The notes beneath the pieces are model-generated. The model was given only the letters and a program-made list of their open reading frames with translations. It was not told the DNA's origin and searched no databases. The translations under genes and the position numbers were made by a program. A stretch of 64,000 bases of DNA from Flectonema sp. DT1601. Lineage: Eukaryota. This document shows, in pieces, positions 1-12,116 of the stretch. Each line of letters opens with the position of its first letter. Position 1 is the stretch's first letter. Where the stretch lies: the NCBI GenBank assembly GCA_964019425.1, contig OZ025784.1, positions 124,001-188,000 on the forward strand, given 5' to 3'.

Positions 1-299
1 CAACTAGGCTGCCAATTCTCTGGGTGGTAACTCGTCACTTCAGAAAGACATATTTTTTTATTACACTCAAACCTTCCATTTGGTGTAATCAGCATCACAT
101 CCGGAGGTGCATACGGATAGTTATTTGGTAAGATCAACTTACCGTGATACACACCTTCTTTATAACACCCTTCATCAGGTCCTTTCATTGTGAACATCCA
201 AACAAAATCATTTTCTTTACTCGGGTACGCTAAAAACTCTCTGCACGGCCGCTTATTCAGCTGGTCGGCTTCTTTCTTTATTCTCTTTGTTGCGTTCAT
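1..299 (-). CDS. Ubiquitin-conjugating enzyme E2, UBC6/UBE2J family (3' end runs off the window)
   Basis: Not in the ORF track. Manual translation from ATG 299: MNATKRIKKEADQL...WMFTMKGP...YHGKLILPNNYPYAPPDVMLITPNGRFECNKKICLSEVTSYHPENWQPS. TPNGRF and ICLS..YHPE.WQP are E2J signatures. Confidence 0.93.
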   Translation of the reverse strand, partial: MNATKRIKKEADQLNKRPCREFLAYPSKENDFVWMFTMKGPDEGCYKEGVYHGKLILPNNYPYAPPDVMLITPNGRFECNKKICLSEVTSYHPENWQPS

Positions 300-571
300 T
301 TTTTTTTTTTTTTTTTTTTTTTTTGGTGGAGTCTGTTTCTGTCAAGAAAAAAAAACTTAAAACTAACTGACTGATCACCTGCATAAACTTTCTTTTATAT
401 ATCCTGTTTTTTTGTATGGAAAAAATTATAATTTTTTTTTTTTTTTTTCCCTATGTATCTTTTATAAATTAACCAAACCATAAAGGTAACAAACCAAAAG
501 AAACAAAACAAAAGAAACTGCTTGCATAGTATGCCGCCATCTACAACCTGGTGTTATCATTGCTTAGGATA

Positions 572-709
572 AATGTGATCCATTGAGATGTTAAAGAGAA
601 CTGTTTTCGACATCTTTAGTCAGTGCTGATATTGCTTCAGGGAACATAGTATGGTATAATAGGTAGCATACTCTAATGTGATCCATTGAGATGTAAAAGA
701 GAACTGTTT
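572..709. repeat. Two 35-bp direct repeats (572-606, 675-709), one mismatch
   Basis: aatgtgatccattgagatgt(t/a)aaagagaactgttt occurs twice, 103 bp apart. Confidence 0.85.
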
Positions 710-854
710 ATATACTACTTAAGCTCAGTAACTTATGTTATTAGTAGTCTCCTATTGGTGCAACATATTTGAATGACACCAGTCAGGCAATTCTCCTTTT
801 CTACCGAACAAGGTCTAGGTAATGGTTGATTAACCTAACCTTCCCACCCCACCA

Positions 855-1616
855 TTAGTGTGATTGGGTCAATGAATTACTCAGATCAGCTATATTATTA
901 TGTGGTGTCGGTGTGACAGTGTTGTGAGATGTTAACGAACTGTCACTCAAGTCTGTTGAACTTTCACTTTCTGTACTTCGTCTAGCTTCCCTCAACTCAA
1001 CATCCTCCACAGGTATCGAAGGATTAGCAATGTGATCATCAAGACTTATTAAAAACACGCAAAGATGAACATAACTAACAATACAATAAATAATTCCTTG
1101 CAGATATACATCCCCGCATTCTGCTTTGTTGCTTAACCAGATCTCAATGTTGAAGCAGAGGTACCATCCGAACATATGAAGTGTCACCATAAGCTTTATA
1201 ACCACCAAGCAAGCTTGATACCGAGAGTCAGAGACGCAAACCACTACGAGAACTAGTATTATAAGGAGGAGTTCAGAACAACCAAGAGCGATAAGAGATG
1301 TTGAGATTATCTCAGGACATCCCACAACAACTTTTGGAGGCATTAAAATAGTACCCAAACCAGAATACTCAGCAGTGCTATACTTATTACTCATCCTCGT
1401 TGATGTAATCACAGTTCGGAGTGAACCTTCACTTCCCTTCACTTCAGTCAATTCTAACCCAACAGCCGTATTTCCAATTCGCATTACGGAAACACCTTCT
1501 TCATGGGTGCTCCTGTACTCATCGTGATATAACCCGTATATCAAAAAATGCCATATCGACATCAGGAATACGAATAATAGAAAGTAAACTTGAATCCAAA
1601 GCCTGCAAGTTCCCAT
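855..1616 (-). CDS. Hypothetical multi-pass membrane protein (about four TM segments, Ser/Thr-rich tail)
   Basis: 253 aa ORF, ATG preceded by an A-tract as in neighbouring genes, four hydrophobic segments. Confidence 0.7.
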   Translation of the reverse strand: MGTCRLWIQVYFLLFVFLMSIWHFLIYGLYHDEYRSTHEEGVSVMRIGNTAVGLELTEVKGSEGSLRTVITSTRMSNKYSTAEYSGLGTILMPPKVVVGCPEIISTSLIALGCSELLLIILVLVVVCVSDSRYQACLVVIKLMVTLHMFGWYLCFNIEIWLSNKAECGDVYLQGIIYCIVSYVHLCVFLISLDDHIANPSIPVEDVELREARRSTESESSTDLSDSSLTSHNTVTPTPHNNIADLSNSLTQSH

Positions 1617-1967
1617 TTTAAAAAAAAAAAATGGCTTTTTTTTTTTTTTTTTTTTTTTTTAAATGTGCTTACCGAGACCCTGTTTGTAAATGATAGCTAA
1701 TTTTTTTTTTGGAAACTAACACTGGGTATAGTTGCGAGAATCGGATTTCAATTTTTTTTTTTTTTTAATTTCTGGGAAAAAAGAGAGTTAGAAAGTTTGT
1801 AGGTTTCATGATGGTGCTGAAATCAGCAATACAATAATCTAACCAAAACAGCAGTGGTATCCGAAGCAGCTTTTGGATAATTGTTTGCTCACAACTATCA
1901 TTGAACACGATTAGCGTAGACAGAGAGCTCCTCGTATGAGTTAAAACATCATTCAGATTAACAGTTT

Positions 1968-2568
1968 TTAAGTAGTCTTTCTTATTACTTCCTTCAGCTC
2001 AGTTCGATATTTCTCCCATTTTGCCTGTTTGGTGATTATGTTTTGTTAATGTCAAAAAACATGACATTTTTATCAAAAAACGAGAATTAAATAATTGAAA
2101 AATACAAACCTTCACTATATTAGCGATATTCGGCCACCACGTGATGCACTGGTTGTCTGTACTCAGACCCTTATCACGATATGTTTCTCGTTGAATTAGG
2201 TCTAGAGGTCTTATGACCCCCCTCCTGATCTCACTGCCAGTGTAGAGAACTTTTTCTTTAAGTTTTTTTTTAATTCTAGATAGTTGTTTCTTTGTAACAT
2301 CGTCATCAGGACACTCAATGAGAGCTGAATTAAACGCGGCAATCCACCTACGTCTCACAGAGAGAAGCATTGCGTTTGCCATGCTTCCAATCTCAATCAT
2401 TCTATCAGAGACACCCTGTTCTGGTTCACAACTGGTGGGTTGTTCTGAGAGGTGAGGCATACCATCGACACTTAGCTCGCCTTCTAAAGCTTCTTCAAGA
2501 ACATAAAGACATTGCGGGACTTCACACTGCGACAATGTGAATATAAACAGCAACAACAACAGTCTCAT
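1968..2568 (-). CDS. Hypothetical secreted protein, probable intron 2025-2109
   Basis: Signal-peptide-like start MRLLLLLFIFTLSQC at ATG 2568. Removing GTTTGT...CAAACAG gives the in-frame end AKWEKYRTELKEVIRKTT*. Confidence 0.6.
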
Positions 2569-4123
2569 CGTGATCGATTCTAGTTGTTGTTTTTCTGTTG
2601 AAAAAAATAACATTTTAATCAAAAAAAAAAAAAAAGAACTTCACAACGTCCTCAAAGCGACGGATAGTGCTGAGCAGGTACGATAGATGTCAAAACGCAT
2701 ACAGCCTTTTTTCTTTTTTTTTTTTTTTTTAAATCTCTTTTTTTTTCCATTTCAAAAAAAAAAAAAAAAAAAAGAGAAGAAGAAAAAAAAAAAACTTATA
2801 CGACTCCCCTCTTTTACAATAACAACAACAACAAAAAAGGTTCTGATAATGTTTTATGTCTCCTGATTTTTTTTTTTTTTTCCTCTTTTCTTGTGATTCA
2901 ACAAAAAAGGGGGAAAAAGATAAAAAGAGAAAAGATGAAGAAGGACTCCCAAAGAAACCAACGCCACATTATCATTATCAAGTAGGTAGCCATCACAAAA
3001 AGCGAAGGGGAAAAAGAAATGCGGGGCAGAGAAAGAAAAGGTGAGAGGGAAATGGAAGGAAGAGTGGTGGAAGAAAAACAGGAAAAAAGCTTCTCAAAAA
3101 ATGAGAAACAAGGGGATAATACTTGAATAAGACATGACTGAAAAAACTAGTCGTAGTTCGCGCAGAAAAAAAAAGGGGGAAAAAAAAAAAAAAAAAAAGA
3201 CAGCAGGCGTCAAGAGCAACTTATTGCTTTCAGAGGAGCTGCGTACCCAATAATTACTGGTGACGACCGAAACTTGTCCATTTTATTTTAAAAAAAAGAT
3301 AAAAAGAAGGAAAAAAGTCAACAAAAAAAAAGATATCTCAGACAAGTTTACGAATATTAATATTTTTGCACAAAAACAGTACAAAAAAGAAAAAAACAGA
3401 AAACCAAGAAAAAAAAAAAAAACGTAAACTCGCCTAAGTAACTCCTTACGTGACTCGATAAAACGAATGAAAAAATTATTATTTTTTTTTCTTTGAGACA
3501 TTGATATGCTCAGACATTGTCGTCCTTCGCAAAATGGCACGATAGATAAGAAAAGAAAGAATGAAAAAAAAAAAAAAAAAGTGGTTTGTGCACATTTATC
3601 TTCTGGAATCACTCGACCTTAGTTTTTTTTTTTTTTTTTTTTTTTTTTACCTCTCTTCGCAAAAAACTTATTTTTATTGGAATAGAACCGAGGTTTTATT
3701 TTATTTTTCTCCCATTTGTTTTAGAATTGAATTATGCAACGGGGGAGGTTTTTGATAACTATATTCTAAGAAGAAAAAAAAAAAACTAAAAAAAAAAAAA
3801 GGGTCTGAAATAATTTCCCCCAGAATTTATAAAAAAAATGTGTGACTTTATATATACTATGAACAAAGAAAACAACTTCAAAAAAAAAAGAAGAAGTTTT
3901 CCAGATATTACAAGAAAAGAGATAAGGGAAAATTAGTTGTTAAGATTGAAAAAAAAAAGAAAAAGGACAGATTTGGATAAAAGAAAGAAGGGAGGTAATC
4001 ATGTGAAAAGTTCACCCTTCTTGGGTTATTTTTATTTACCTTCGCATCCTAAAACGGTTTTAAGATGGACAACCGACAAAGTCGTGTATCCACTTCTTTT
4101 ATTTTATTTTTTTTTTGTATATT

Positions 4124-5902
4124 GAGGACATGTCAAAAGTCTGGTACCGTTTTGGTCAACGGTAAACTGTGGGCATGTACAACTCAATCGAGACCCAACC
4201 CCGTCTGAAACATGCCCCAAAAAATTCAATTCCGGGTGTGGGATCTCACTTTACTCGTAATACTTGTAAAAAAAAAAAAAATTCCTGCATTTTTTGCTTG
4301 TGGCTTACAGAGAACTGGCTTGTGGCTACAGAGAAACCCAAATATTACATATGCAGCCTTGCCAAAAGTATCATCCCCCAAATCTATATTCTAATATTTC
4401 ATTATAAAAATAAATGGAATTATCGGTAAAAATAATACTTTTAACGTGAAAATTATTATTAGTTTTTAGCACCACGTTCTACACTTTTTGCACTTCCTTT
4501 GGACGTAGTCACATTCTGATCGAAAGCCCTGAGTAGAACCCTCGGAAGAGTAACCATCAGTTTTGAGTTGATTTGTTTGCGTCAAAAAAAAGTCAATTTG
4601 TCGAGTCTCATTGTGCAACTTGAAATGCATAGTTATACCCAAACTGTACTTCTCCTGCTGCTAATAATGTGATGATGACTCTTGTGGTAAGGAGTCTTCT
4701 CCTTAGGTACCTGTGGCAAGGTACTGAAGGAGAAGACTCCTTATAATCAAGTTTTATAATTAAATCATCTCCGTATCAGAAGTGTTTTCTGAATAGACTG
4801 CATTCTGTCTCTTAAACTCTTCTACATGATAATGAACCTCAACAAGTCTGTTGTATCATTATAATGAGATAGCAGCTGGTCGTACACCAGCTGCTATGAC
4901 TGGTAAGCCACCCTTACTGGACACTATTGTCAGCGCACTGGCATGTGCAGCATTCCAAACGGTTAATGAACAGTTACTGAGTAACCATTCTGTCACTCAA
5001 CACTTGCTAAGTAGTTTTGACAGTTTCTTTCTAATTGTCTGTCCACACGGCAGTAGGAGCAGACATCAGTTCACAGCGCAAGGTGATGGTATTCATTCCC
5101 ACGCATACGATGGTATGTAGATTCTGATATCAGATTTCGAATACTGCTGACTTTATAGATAGATTTAAATGTCCCCCAAGGACACCCTGCAACGTAACAG
5201 TGTCACCTCGTTGACTTTTTGATACCATTGAAGTCGGGCGAGGCTGCCTTGAGCTCGTTCTCACTTGACTGCACAACTTCAGGAAGATCTTCATTGGTTC
5301 TTATACTTATGGGCACGTGGATTCTAGCATCCCAGGCCTTTCTGCCTATTTTTAGCCCAGCTTCCTCTAGAAAGCTTAACTTCCATCCTATTCTTCTAGA
5401 CACTTCTCGCCTGTCACCCGTTTCCATGCTCACAATTGTTTCATTTACTACTGAAGGGACAATTGACACCATTCCACAGCACTGCTATTCCCACAACCCT
5501 CAGGGGCATAGCAGTAACATCACCACCCCCAGAAAGGCATTCTAGCAGTTTTGCATGTTTACCTTCCAAGGTTTTTGAACTCCCATTGGACTCTTTCCTG
5601 TCACTCCACTTCGGAGGGTCTCCCATCTTGTCAATCAGTAATTGCAGTTGCTCAATTATCGCTTTTGTGGTCATATTTTGCTTTTGTTATGCTTGGGGCT
5701 CTCTGTAACAGCTTTGTTACCGGCTACAAGCAAAAAATGCAGGAATTTTTTTTTTTTTACAAGTATTACGAGTAAAGTGAGATCCCACACCCGGAATTGA
5801 ATTTTTTGGGGCATGTTTCAGACAGGGTTGGGTCTCGATTGAGTTGTACATGCCCGCAGTTTACCGTTGACCAAAACGGTACCAGACTTTTGACATCCAC
5901 TC
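4124..5902. mobile_element. Non-autonomous DNA transposon with ~180-bp terminal inverted repeats
   Basis: 4124-4304 is the near-perfect reverse complement of 5723-5902, with GAG...CTC ends. TATATT flanks both ends (4118-4123, 5903-5908). The interior has only broken ORFs. Confidence 0.88.
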
Positions 5903-6737
5903 TATATTATTATAATTATAGAACATTTTATTTTTTTTTTTACTTTTTTGTTGTTTTATTCGATTTATCGATTTCTCCTTTTTTTTTCTTTCTTTATTTT
6001 CTTTTTTCTTTTTTTTGATTTGGAGAGAGGGGAGTGAAGAAAAAAAAAAAAGGGGAAGCGGAAAAAAATTGTTTTTACCCGTATACCTCCTAAAAGCGCA
6101 TGTTTTTTTTTTTTTTTTGTGTGTGTCTTGATCGAGAGTAAAATTTTGTGAACGAAACAATAAAAAAAATTGACATCAAAAAAAAAAAAACAAAACAAAA
6201 AAAATTTAACATCACACGCATTTTTTTATAAGTATTATTACTAATTAGTCTCTTTTTTTTTTTTTTTTTCACAGAGCTGTTTTTTTTTTTCTTATAGAGG
6301 AGCGTCGCACGTTTAAATTGACCTTGTTAGTTGTTACCCACCCAATAAATAGGGATTTTGTTATTCAAAAGAAACTTACATCACACGCATTTTAATAACC
6401 AAAAAAAACAGATCGTCGGTTTTTACTAGGGCTAGAAAACTAAAGAAAGAATAAAAAAATACTTTTGATGAGTTAAAAATCGTTTTTCTTATTATTTTTT
6501 TTCTCGGAATTTTGATCCCCGAAAAATGGAAATTCCATCAAAAAGGGAGAAGTTTGATACGATACGAAAAGATTCATCTGGGAAGAATACTGCAGGTCTT
6601 TGCACAAAAAAAAAAATAAAAGTATTGTCACCATGAAACAGGAGCACTGAAAACACTTGCCTGGTTTCTTTGATGGAGGCCACGTGAACGTAGTTGAGCA
6701 CCTCCTGCTTTTTTTTTTCCCTCCATCAAAGGTAGAA

Positions 6738-6835
6738 GAGTTAACCGTTTGATTTTGTACGTAAAAATACAAATGTATTGTATCATAAACACAGTGACTA
6801 TGGTGATGCTTAACTTCTCTATTCTCTCATCATCA
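6738..6835. repeat. Internally deleted copy of the dispersed repeat family at 32.3-32.9 kb
   Basis: gagttaac.gtttgattttgtacgtaaaaatacaaatgtattgtatcataaa...acagtgacta..gtgatgc..aactt...ctctattctctcatcatca matches the 32.3-32.9 kb units. Confidence 0.8.
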
Positions 6836-8656
6836 GTTATGGTGTAGAAGAAATTTCAAAATCAAAAAAAGGTGGTTAATTGTAATCTCACACGCACCTC
6901 TTTTTTTTTATCTCTTATCTTTATTAGTGTGTTGAGAAAATAGATTGAGAGACATGAAATCAAACATAAAAAAAAACGATACATTTGACATCTGCTGGAT
7001 CACTGCCATAAATGTAAATTTTTTTTTTTTTTTTTTTAAAAACTTGAAAATACAGGTGGTAGGTAGGTGGGTTAACAGAGAAAGAAAAAAAAAAAAAAAA
7101 GGGGTATTTCTAAGGTATTGTACATAGTGGGGGGAGGTGTCCCGACCTGGGAGGGGGACTTTGTCAGGACAAAACTTTGGTTTTGTAGATATTTTTTTTT
7201 TTGTCTGAAAAAACTTTTTTTTATGACAACAAAAGCAACTAAGGGCATGACCCCTATTTGCAGTAGAAAAGACCCAAAATCTCAGAGATTTTCGGTTTTT
7301 TTTTATAAATAAAATTATGATACAATTTTTTTTTTTTTTTCCTCATTACCGTTGGAACGTGTCAATGTTACGATCAACAACAAGAAAAGATACGTCGCTG
7401 CAAAAGCGCAGCCAGCAGTAGCTTTGTTTGTGAGTTTGCATACACCTTGTTAGCACAGGTTAGCCTTAGTGTGGTTTTAACAACTCATTAACAGCTTCAA
7501 CAAAAGAGAAGGATTATTCATCAATGAAACAGAGTAAATAAAAAAAAAGAGAGGAAGAGAGAAAGATAACAAGAAAAAAAAAGAATCATTTAAGTTAGAA
7601 AGGAGTAAATTTGACTTTTTTTTTTCCTTGATACACCTTTATAAGTATGTATGTTTTTTTTTTTTTTTTTTTTTTACAATTGGTAGGGCCGCCGTATCAG
7701 AAATAATTGGCACCTGAAAAAAACCCTCCACATTTTTTAATACAGTTTGGTTTGATTATTTTATTTATTTTTTTTTTTAAATTGCGTTCCGATTGTAAAC
7801 CCGCAGTCACATAGACGCTATGATGGATTTCGGGTGCAGGAAAAAAAAGAAGAAAACAAAAAAGTCAACCCTGGGACACCCTAGAGAATTTAGCAAATTG
7901 CCACCCGGTTGGATGAGAAAAAAGTTCTGGGACAGCACCCAACCAGCGTGACTCTTTGATTAAAATTCATTCTGATTTTGATTGGATGGCCAGCAGTTAA
8001 AATAAATCTTTTTTTTTTTTTTTCAACAAAAAAAAGGGGGAATTGAAAATGTTTTGATTATATTTATGAAGAAAATAAACATCTGTATTAAGGGAAAAAA
8101 AACAAGAGGAGGGGGACAATGGACCCCCCTCCTCCTATTTGAGGAAAATAACAAAAAGTGTACTGACACGGCCAACCATAAATGATTCTTTCACTCGGTG
8201 CATCAGGTAAAAACCTGATGCACCGACCGCAGAATATTTAACAAGGGTGCCCTCAACATTATGTATATAAGAGAAATCGTTGTTTATTACCAACGTGAAC
8301 AAATTCGAGAAAGAGAAGAGAGACTTTAAAAAAAAAAAGAAATGTAAAGACACAAAAGTGTTTTTTTTTTTTTTTTCCCCTTATGTTCATACACATTTGG
8401 ACAAAAAAAAAAAAAAAAAAAAAAAACTTTGGGATAGAAAAAAATATAACCCGAAAAAAAAAAAAAAAAAGTAATGACTTTTTTTTTTTTGAAGCAGTAT
8501 TTACACAATAATAATAACAAAAGCTAGTAAGTTCTTTGTGTGACAACGCTTTATGAACAACAGTGTTGGTCATAAACGATCTGTAATGTATAATAAGTCA
8601 ACAGAACCTTCTAAAGTCAATACATCTAGTAATTCACCTTTTACATCTTAATATAG

Positions 8657-11248
8657 CTATAACTCTTCTAGAGAAGGGTTTTTGTTAAAAATTTCAATCT
8701 CAACTGGGTGTGAGTCGAGCTGTTTAACTACAGGACCCTTCGATGGATCAGAATTTAAAATTCCTTTTTTATCATTATAGAAAGGAGATGATTGACGACC
8801 GCTGTTTCCTGGAGCGAGCTCGACAACGGTTTCAAGAGGATTTCCAAAATCAACGACAAGCCTACTGGAAGCAGCAAATCCTCTTTGTTGAAAACGTGGT
8901 TTTGGTAATGGCAGACCAGGCACCTCAACAGACTGATGCAGATAAGCCGCAAGAGCTACAGTATCGACATCTCCTGGTGAACCTCCGATATCAACTGAGA
9001 ACATGTGATCAAGAGGAAAACCTGCCTTTCCAAAAGGATGATTAAAAGAAGCAGTGTGAATCGATCCCCATTTCCAATCCATAACATCTCCAAGGTCCTG
9101 AGCTGTTTTAAACAACGCCTCAGTGACTAGTTCCGTTAAGTTCTTTGATGTCGCTGAGACTAACGGATCCGCGACAGGATCTTGCTCCAGAATCTTTAAT
9201 AAAAGAGTTCCATGACGACCTTCTAAATCATTTCCCATCTTACCAGCAGCAAGAAAACCAACTCCAAGGATACGATCGAGAATCATAGGGTCAGAGAACG
9301 ATGCTTTCAAAATACCTTTTAAAAAAACATCTTTAAAACCGGCGTAAACAGCCGCAGCAGAACTGTCTTCATGCATCGATCCATCCCAGTTTCGGAGAGA
9401 ATCCAACGTGTTCTTTACTTCTGGAGAGTTGTTTATTTTAGTGATGAGAGGTGCCATCTTTGTAATGGCAGCAGCCATCCTTCTTGCAGGAATAGATACG
9501 ATATCGCGTTGGATTTGTTGAGTTGTTAGTTGTGATTGGAGGACGTTATCTTTGTTGTTTTGTAGAAGTAATTCTTCAATTCTCTTTGCTCTCCATCCAT
9601 GTTGCCAGATGTTACCGAGGTTCGCATCAGAACTGGCAGAGTCAATATGAGGTTTCTGGTTAGCGGATACGATAAAACCAGATTCAGGATTCAACGCGTG
9701 GGGCATCTCACTGTGAGGAATCCATCCAGTCCATTGATGAGCAGGGTTCCAACCTTCACGAGGACCATCAAACATTTCACGTTTTGGGACTCTACCACTC
9801 ATGTAGTAACCAATATTGTCAGAAGTATCAGCCATGACCATGTTCAACTGCGCCATTGCCATTCCAGCTGTCACATTCATCATCTCAGTCACTGATCTCA
9901 CAGTCATTATCGATCTTAAACTATGAAGAGACGCTCCATCAAATTCTTTGCTAAAAACTTCTTGTTTTTGCAACACTAAACTACTCAAAGAACAATCCTC
10001 ATTAATTCCGAGAAGATGGCATACAAGAGGTCCTCGTTTTGTGTTTGAAACTTCCAAAGGAACAGATTCCTTCTGTCCCTTAACTTTAATATACTCTGTG
10101 TGTGTTTCAAGTGGTTGCCAAGAACCATCAGTGTCGAGGTATGTGTTTGTTGACTTGTTTACTTTCTCCATGAAAATATCATCAACATCACATCTACCAA
10201 GAGTAACACCAACGGCAACGTGTTGGTTGTTGCCGGCTATTATGTACGGCATTAGAGGGATGGAGATACCAGTTTGATGGACGTCATCCTGCTCGCATTC
10301 CATTGAAGCTGAATGCCATGCTGCTGGTAGAGTGAATGGTAAGTGAGGGTCATTCGCCATGATAGGTTTCCCTGACTGTGTTAATCTCCCTGACACGACC
10401 CAAGCATTGCTTCCACCGTTGTCGAACAGCATCGGAATGTCAACCTCATTTGGTTTTTCATTGTATTCTGAAAACTTTTTAAGAGTGGCTCCCATCTGTA
10501 GATTACCTTCAGACTCGTAGTCTAAGGCTTTCTGAAGACTTTTTATTATATCATCGTCAAATTTTGACATTAGGTGACCATACACAAGTTCATTTTGCCA
10601 TCCCTTGTTCATGGCTGATGTGTGCCAGCGTTGGAATGACAGTGAGTCTACCTCTGTAAACTTACGAGGCTTGACTTTTAAGAATAATAAATCAACAGGT
10701 AGGTTCAGTGATGCAAAATCTCTCTCAGAGATGTATGCGTTAATACCCGACACGTAAGCTGTCAGGTCCGCAGCAGTTTTCGGATGATGCCTTTGAAGAG
10801 CTTTCCAGTCTTCTTCAGCTAATTTTTCAAATCCCATAGTCCTGTGCCATTTATCTAATGGAAGAGCCTTGTCTCCAATGACCTGACTCATCTCACCGAG
10901 TGTTACCCTTCTTAATATTTCTAACTGAAATAATCTATCCATACCATGAGCATACCCTTGACCGTATAATAAATCTGATGTGCACTCTGCTTGTATGTGA
11001 ACTAACCCTGATGGGTCTCTTCGTAGTGTTACTTTAGATCCTTTTATCGATCCATCTAGCACGATGTTGCGTTCTCTTATTCTCGCCATGTAATCAACAC
11101 CTTGTACGATTCCTCTCAGGGGTGAGTATCCGAGTCCCCATGCTCCTGCACAACCAGCAGATACCACTGCTACTGCAATTCTTATCTTATTAACAAATGA
11201 ACTACTCTCTTGAGGAGCATTTTTAATTGGATGCTCTATACGACCCAT
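8657..11248 (-). CDS. Penicillin acylase / AHL acylase family Ntn-hydrolase (peptidase S45)
   Basis: 863 aa. HIQA...YGQGYAHGMDRLFQLEILRR alpha-chain motif, GSNAWVVSG (beta-chain Ser nucleophile), ANDPHL, SANQK, PGNSG. Confidence 0.95.
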   Translation of the reverse strand: MGRIEHPIKNAPQESSSFVNKIRIAVAVVSAGCAGAWGLGYSPLRGIVQGVDYMARIRERNIVLDGSIKGSKVTLRRDPSGLVHIQAECTSDLLYGQGYAHGMDRLFQLEILRRVTLGEMSQVIGDKALPLDKWHRTMGFEKLAEEDWKALQRHHPKTAADLTAYVSGINAYISERDFASLNLPVDLLFLKVKPRKFTEVDSLSFQRWHTSAMNKGWQNELVYGHLMSKFDDDIIKSLQKALDYESEGNLQMGATLKKFSEYNEKPNEVDIPMLFDNGGSNAWVVSGRLTQSGKPIMANDPHLPFTLPAAWHSASMECEQDDVHQTGISIPLMPYIIAGNNQHVAVGVTLGRCDVDDIFMEKVNKSTNTYLDTDGSWQPLETHTEYIKVKGQKESVPLEVSNTKRGPLVCHLLGINEDCSLSSLVLQKQEVFSKEFDGASLHSLRSIMTVRSVTEMMNVTAGMAMAQLNMVMADTSDNIGYYMSGRVPKREMFDGPREGWNPAHQWTGWIPHSEMPHALNPESGFIVSANQKPHIDSASSDANLGNIWQHGWRAKRIEELLLQNNKDNVLQSQLTTQQIQRDIVSIPARRMAAAITKMAPLITKINNSPEVKNTLDSLRNWDGSMHEDSSAAAVYAGFKDVFLKGILKASFSDPMILDRILGVGFLAAGKMGNDLEGRHGTLLLKILEQDPVADPLVSATSKNLTELVTEALFKTAQDLGDVMDWKWGSIHTASFNHPFGKAGFPLDHMFSVDIGGSPGDVDTVALAAYLHQSVEVPGLPLPKPRFQQRGFAASSRLVVDFGNPLETVVELAPGNSGRQSSPFYNDKKGILNSDPSKGPVVKQLDSHPVEIEIFNKNPSLEEL

Positions 11249-12116
11249 TTTATTTATTTTTTGTTGTTGTTGTTTTTTTTTGTGTGCTAAGTTGCTGTGA
11301 TGAAAATTAATCTTTTTACATAAATGTCAATCACAATAATAAGCAATTTCAGGTGACTAAAATAGAGAGGAAAAATGAAAAAGAGAGGAGAGGAGAGAGC
11401 ATGCGACGATGTAAAATAAACATCACCTTTTTAACTACATCCCACTTCCGATACTATCCTGGTGGTGGGATGTGGTTGCTTAAAAAATAATAATCTTCCG
11501 ATGCCATCCTGAAGACTACATTACTTGTGGTTATGGAAATCAAAAGTTTTCTTTTTTTTTTTTAAAAGAAAACAAATGAAAATAATACCACCGCTGATAA
11601 GCAAGAACGATGTCGAACTTTAATAACAAGTTACTGGCATCAAAATGTTGATATTCAAAATAAACAAAAAAAAATAGCAGCAATAAATTCGTCCTCTTTA
11701 TAGGCATTCAGAAAGTTAGAATGGCCTTTGGCAGTGGAGATGTTACTAAAAAAAAGGAATGGAAAGCATCCGTGTGCACTTCCCTTTAGTCTCTTGTGAA
11801 ATAGTTAGGAAGGTCATACAAGAAGAGGGAGTAAAGATAAGCGAGCAAGAGAATGAAAAAAATAATAAAAAATACAACTGTGTTGTATCATACAAAACAC
11901 AAAAGATAATTTAACATTAGTTTTTAGATACAGTGACGGAAAAAGAAAAGAAAGAATATACGATATTTCTTTTTAAATTTTGAAGCTAGTAGGCGGAAAA
12001 TAACCTGTATTTGAGTTTTTTTATATACATTTTCTTTATAACAAAAAAAAGAAACGATAGATGAAATGACGATGAGATGTATGTTTGATGAGGAGGTCAT
12101 TATAAAAGAAATATTA

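Noticed and set aside
572..709. 35-bp repeats with a unique spacer, CRISPR-like in size
   Set aside because: Only two copies, a 68-bp spacer, no cas genes and a eukaryotic context.
8106..8134. 10-bp GC-rich inverted repeat resembling a terminator
   Set aside because: Single, low-complexity and in a eukaryote, so no function can be supported.
2856..8573. Many short F/K-rich ORFs here, and similarly at 31-34 kb and 47-52 kb
   Set aside because: They are translations of poly-A/poly-T tracts with no domain signal.
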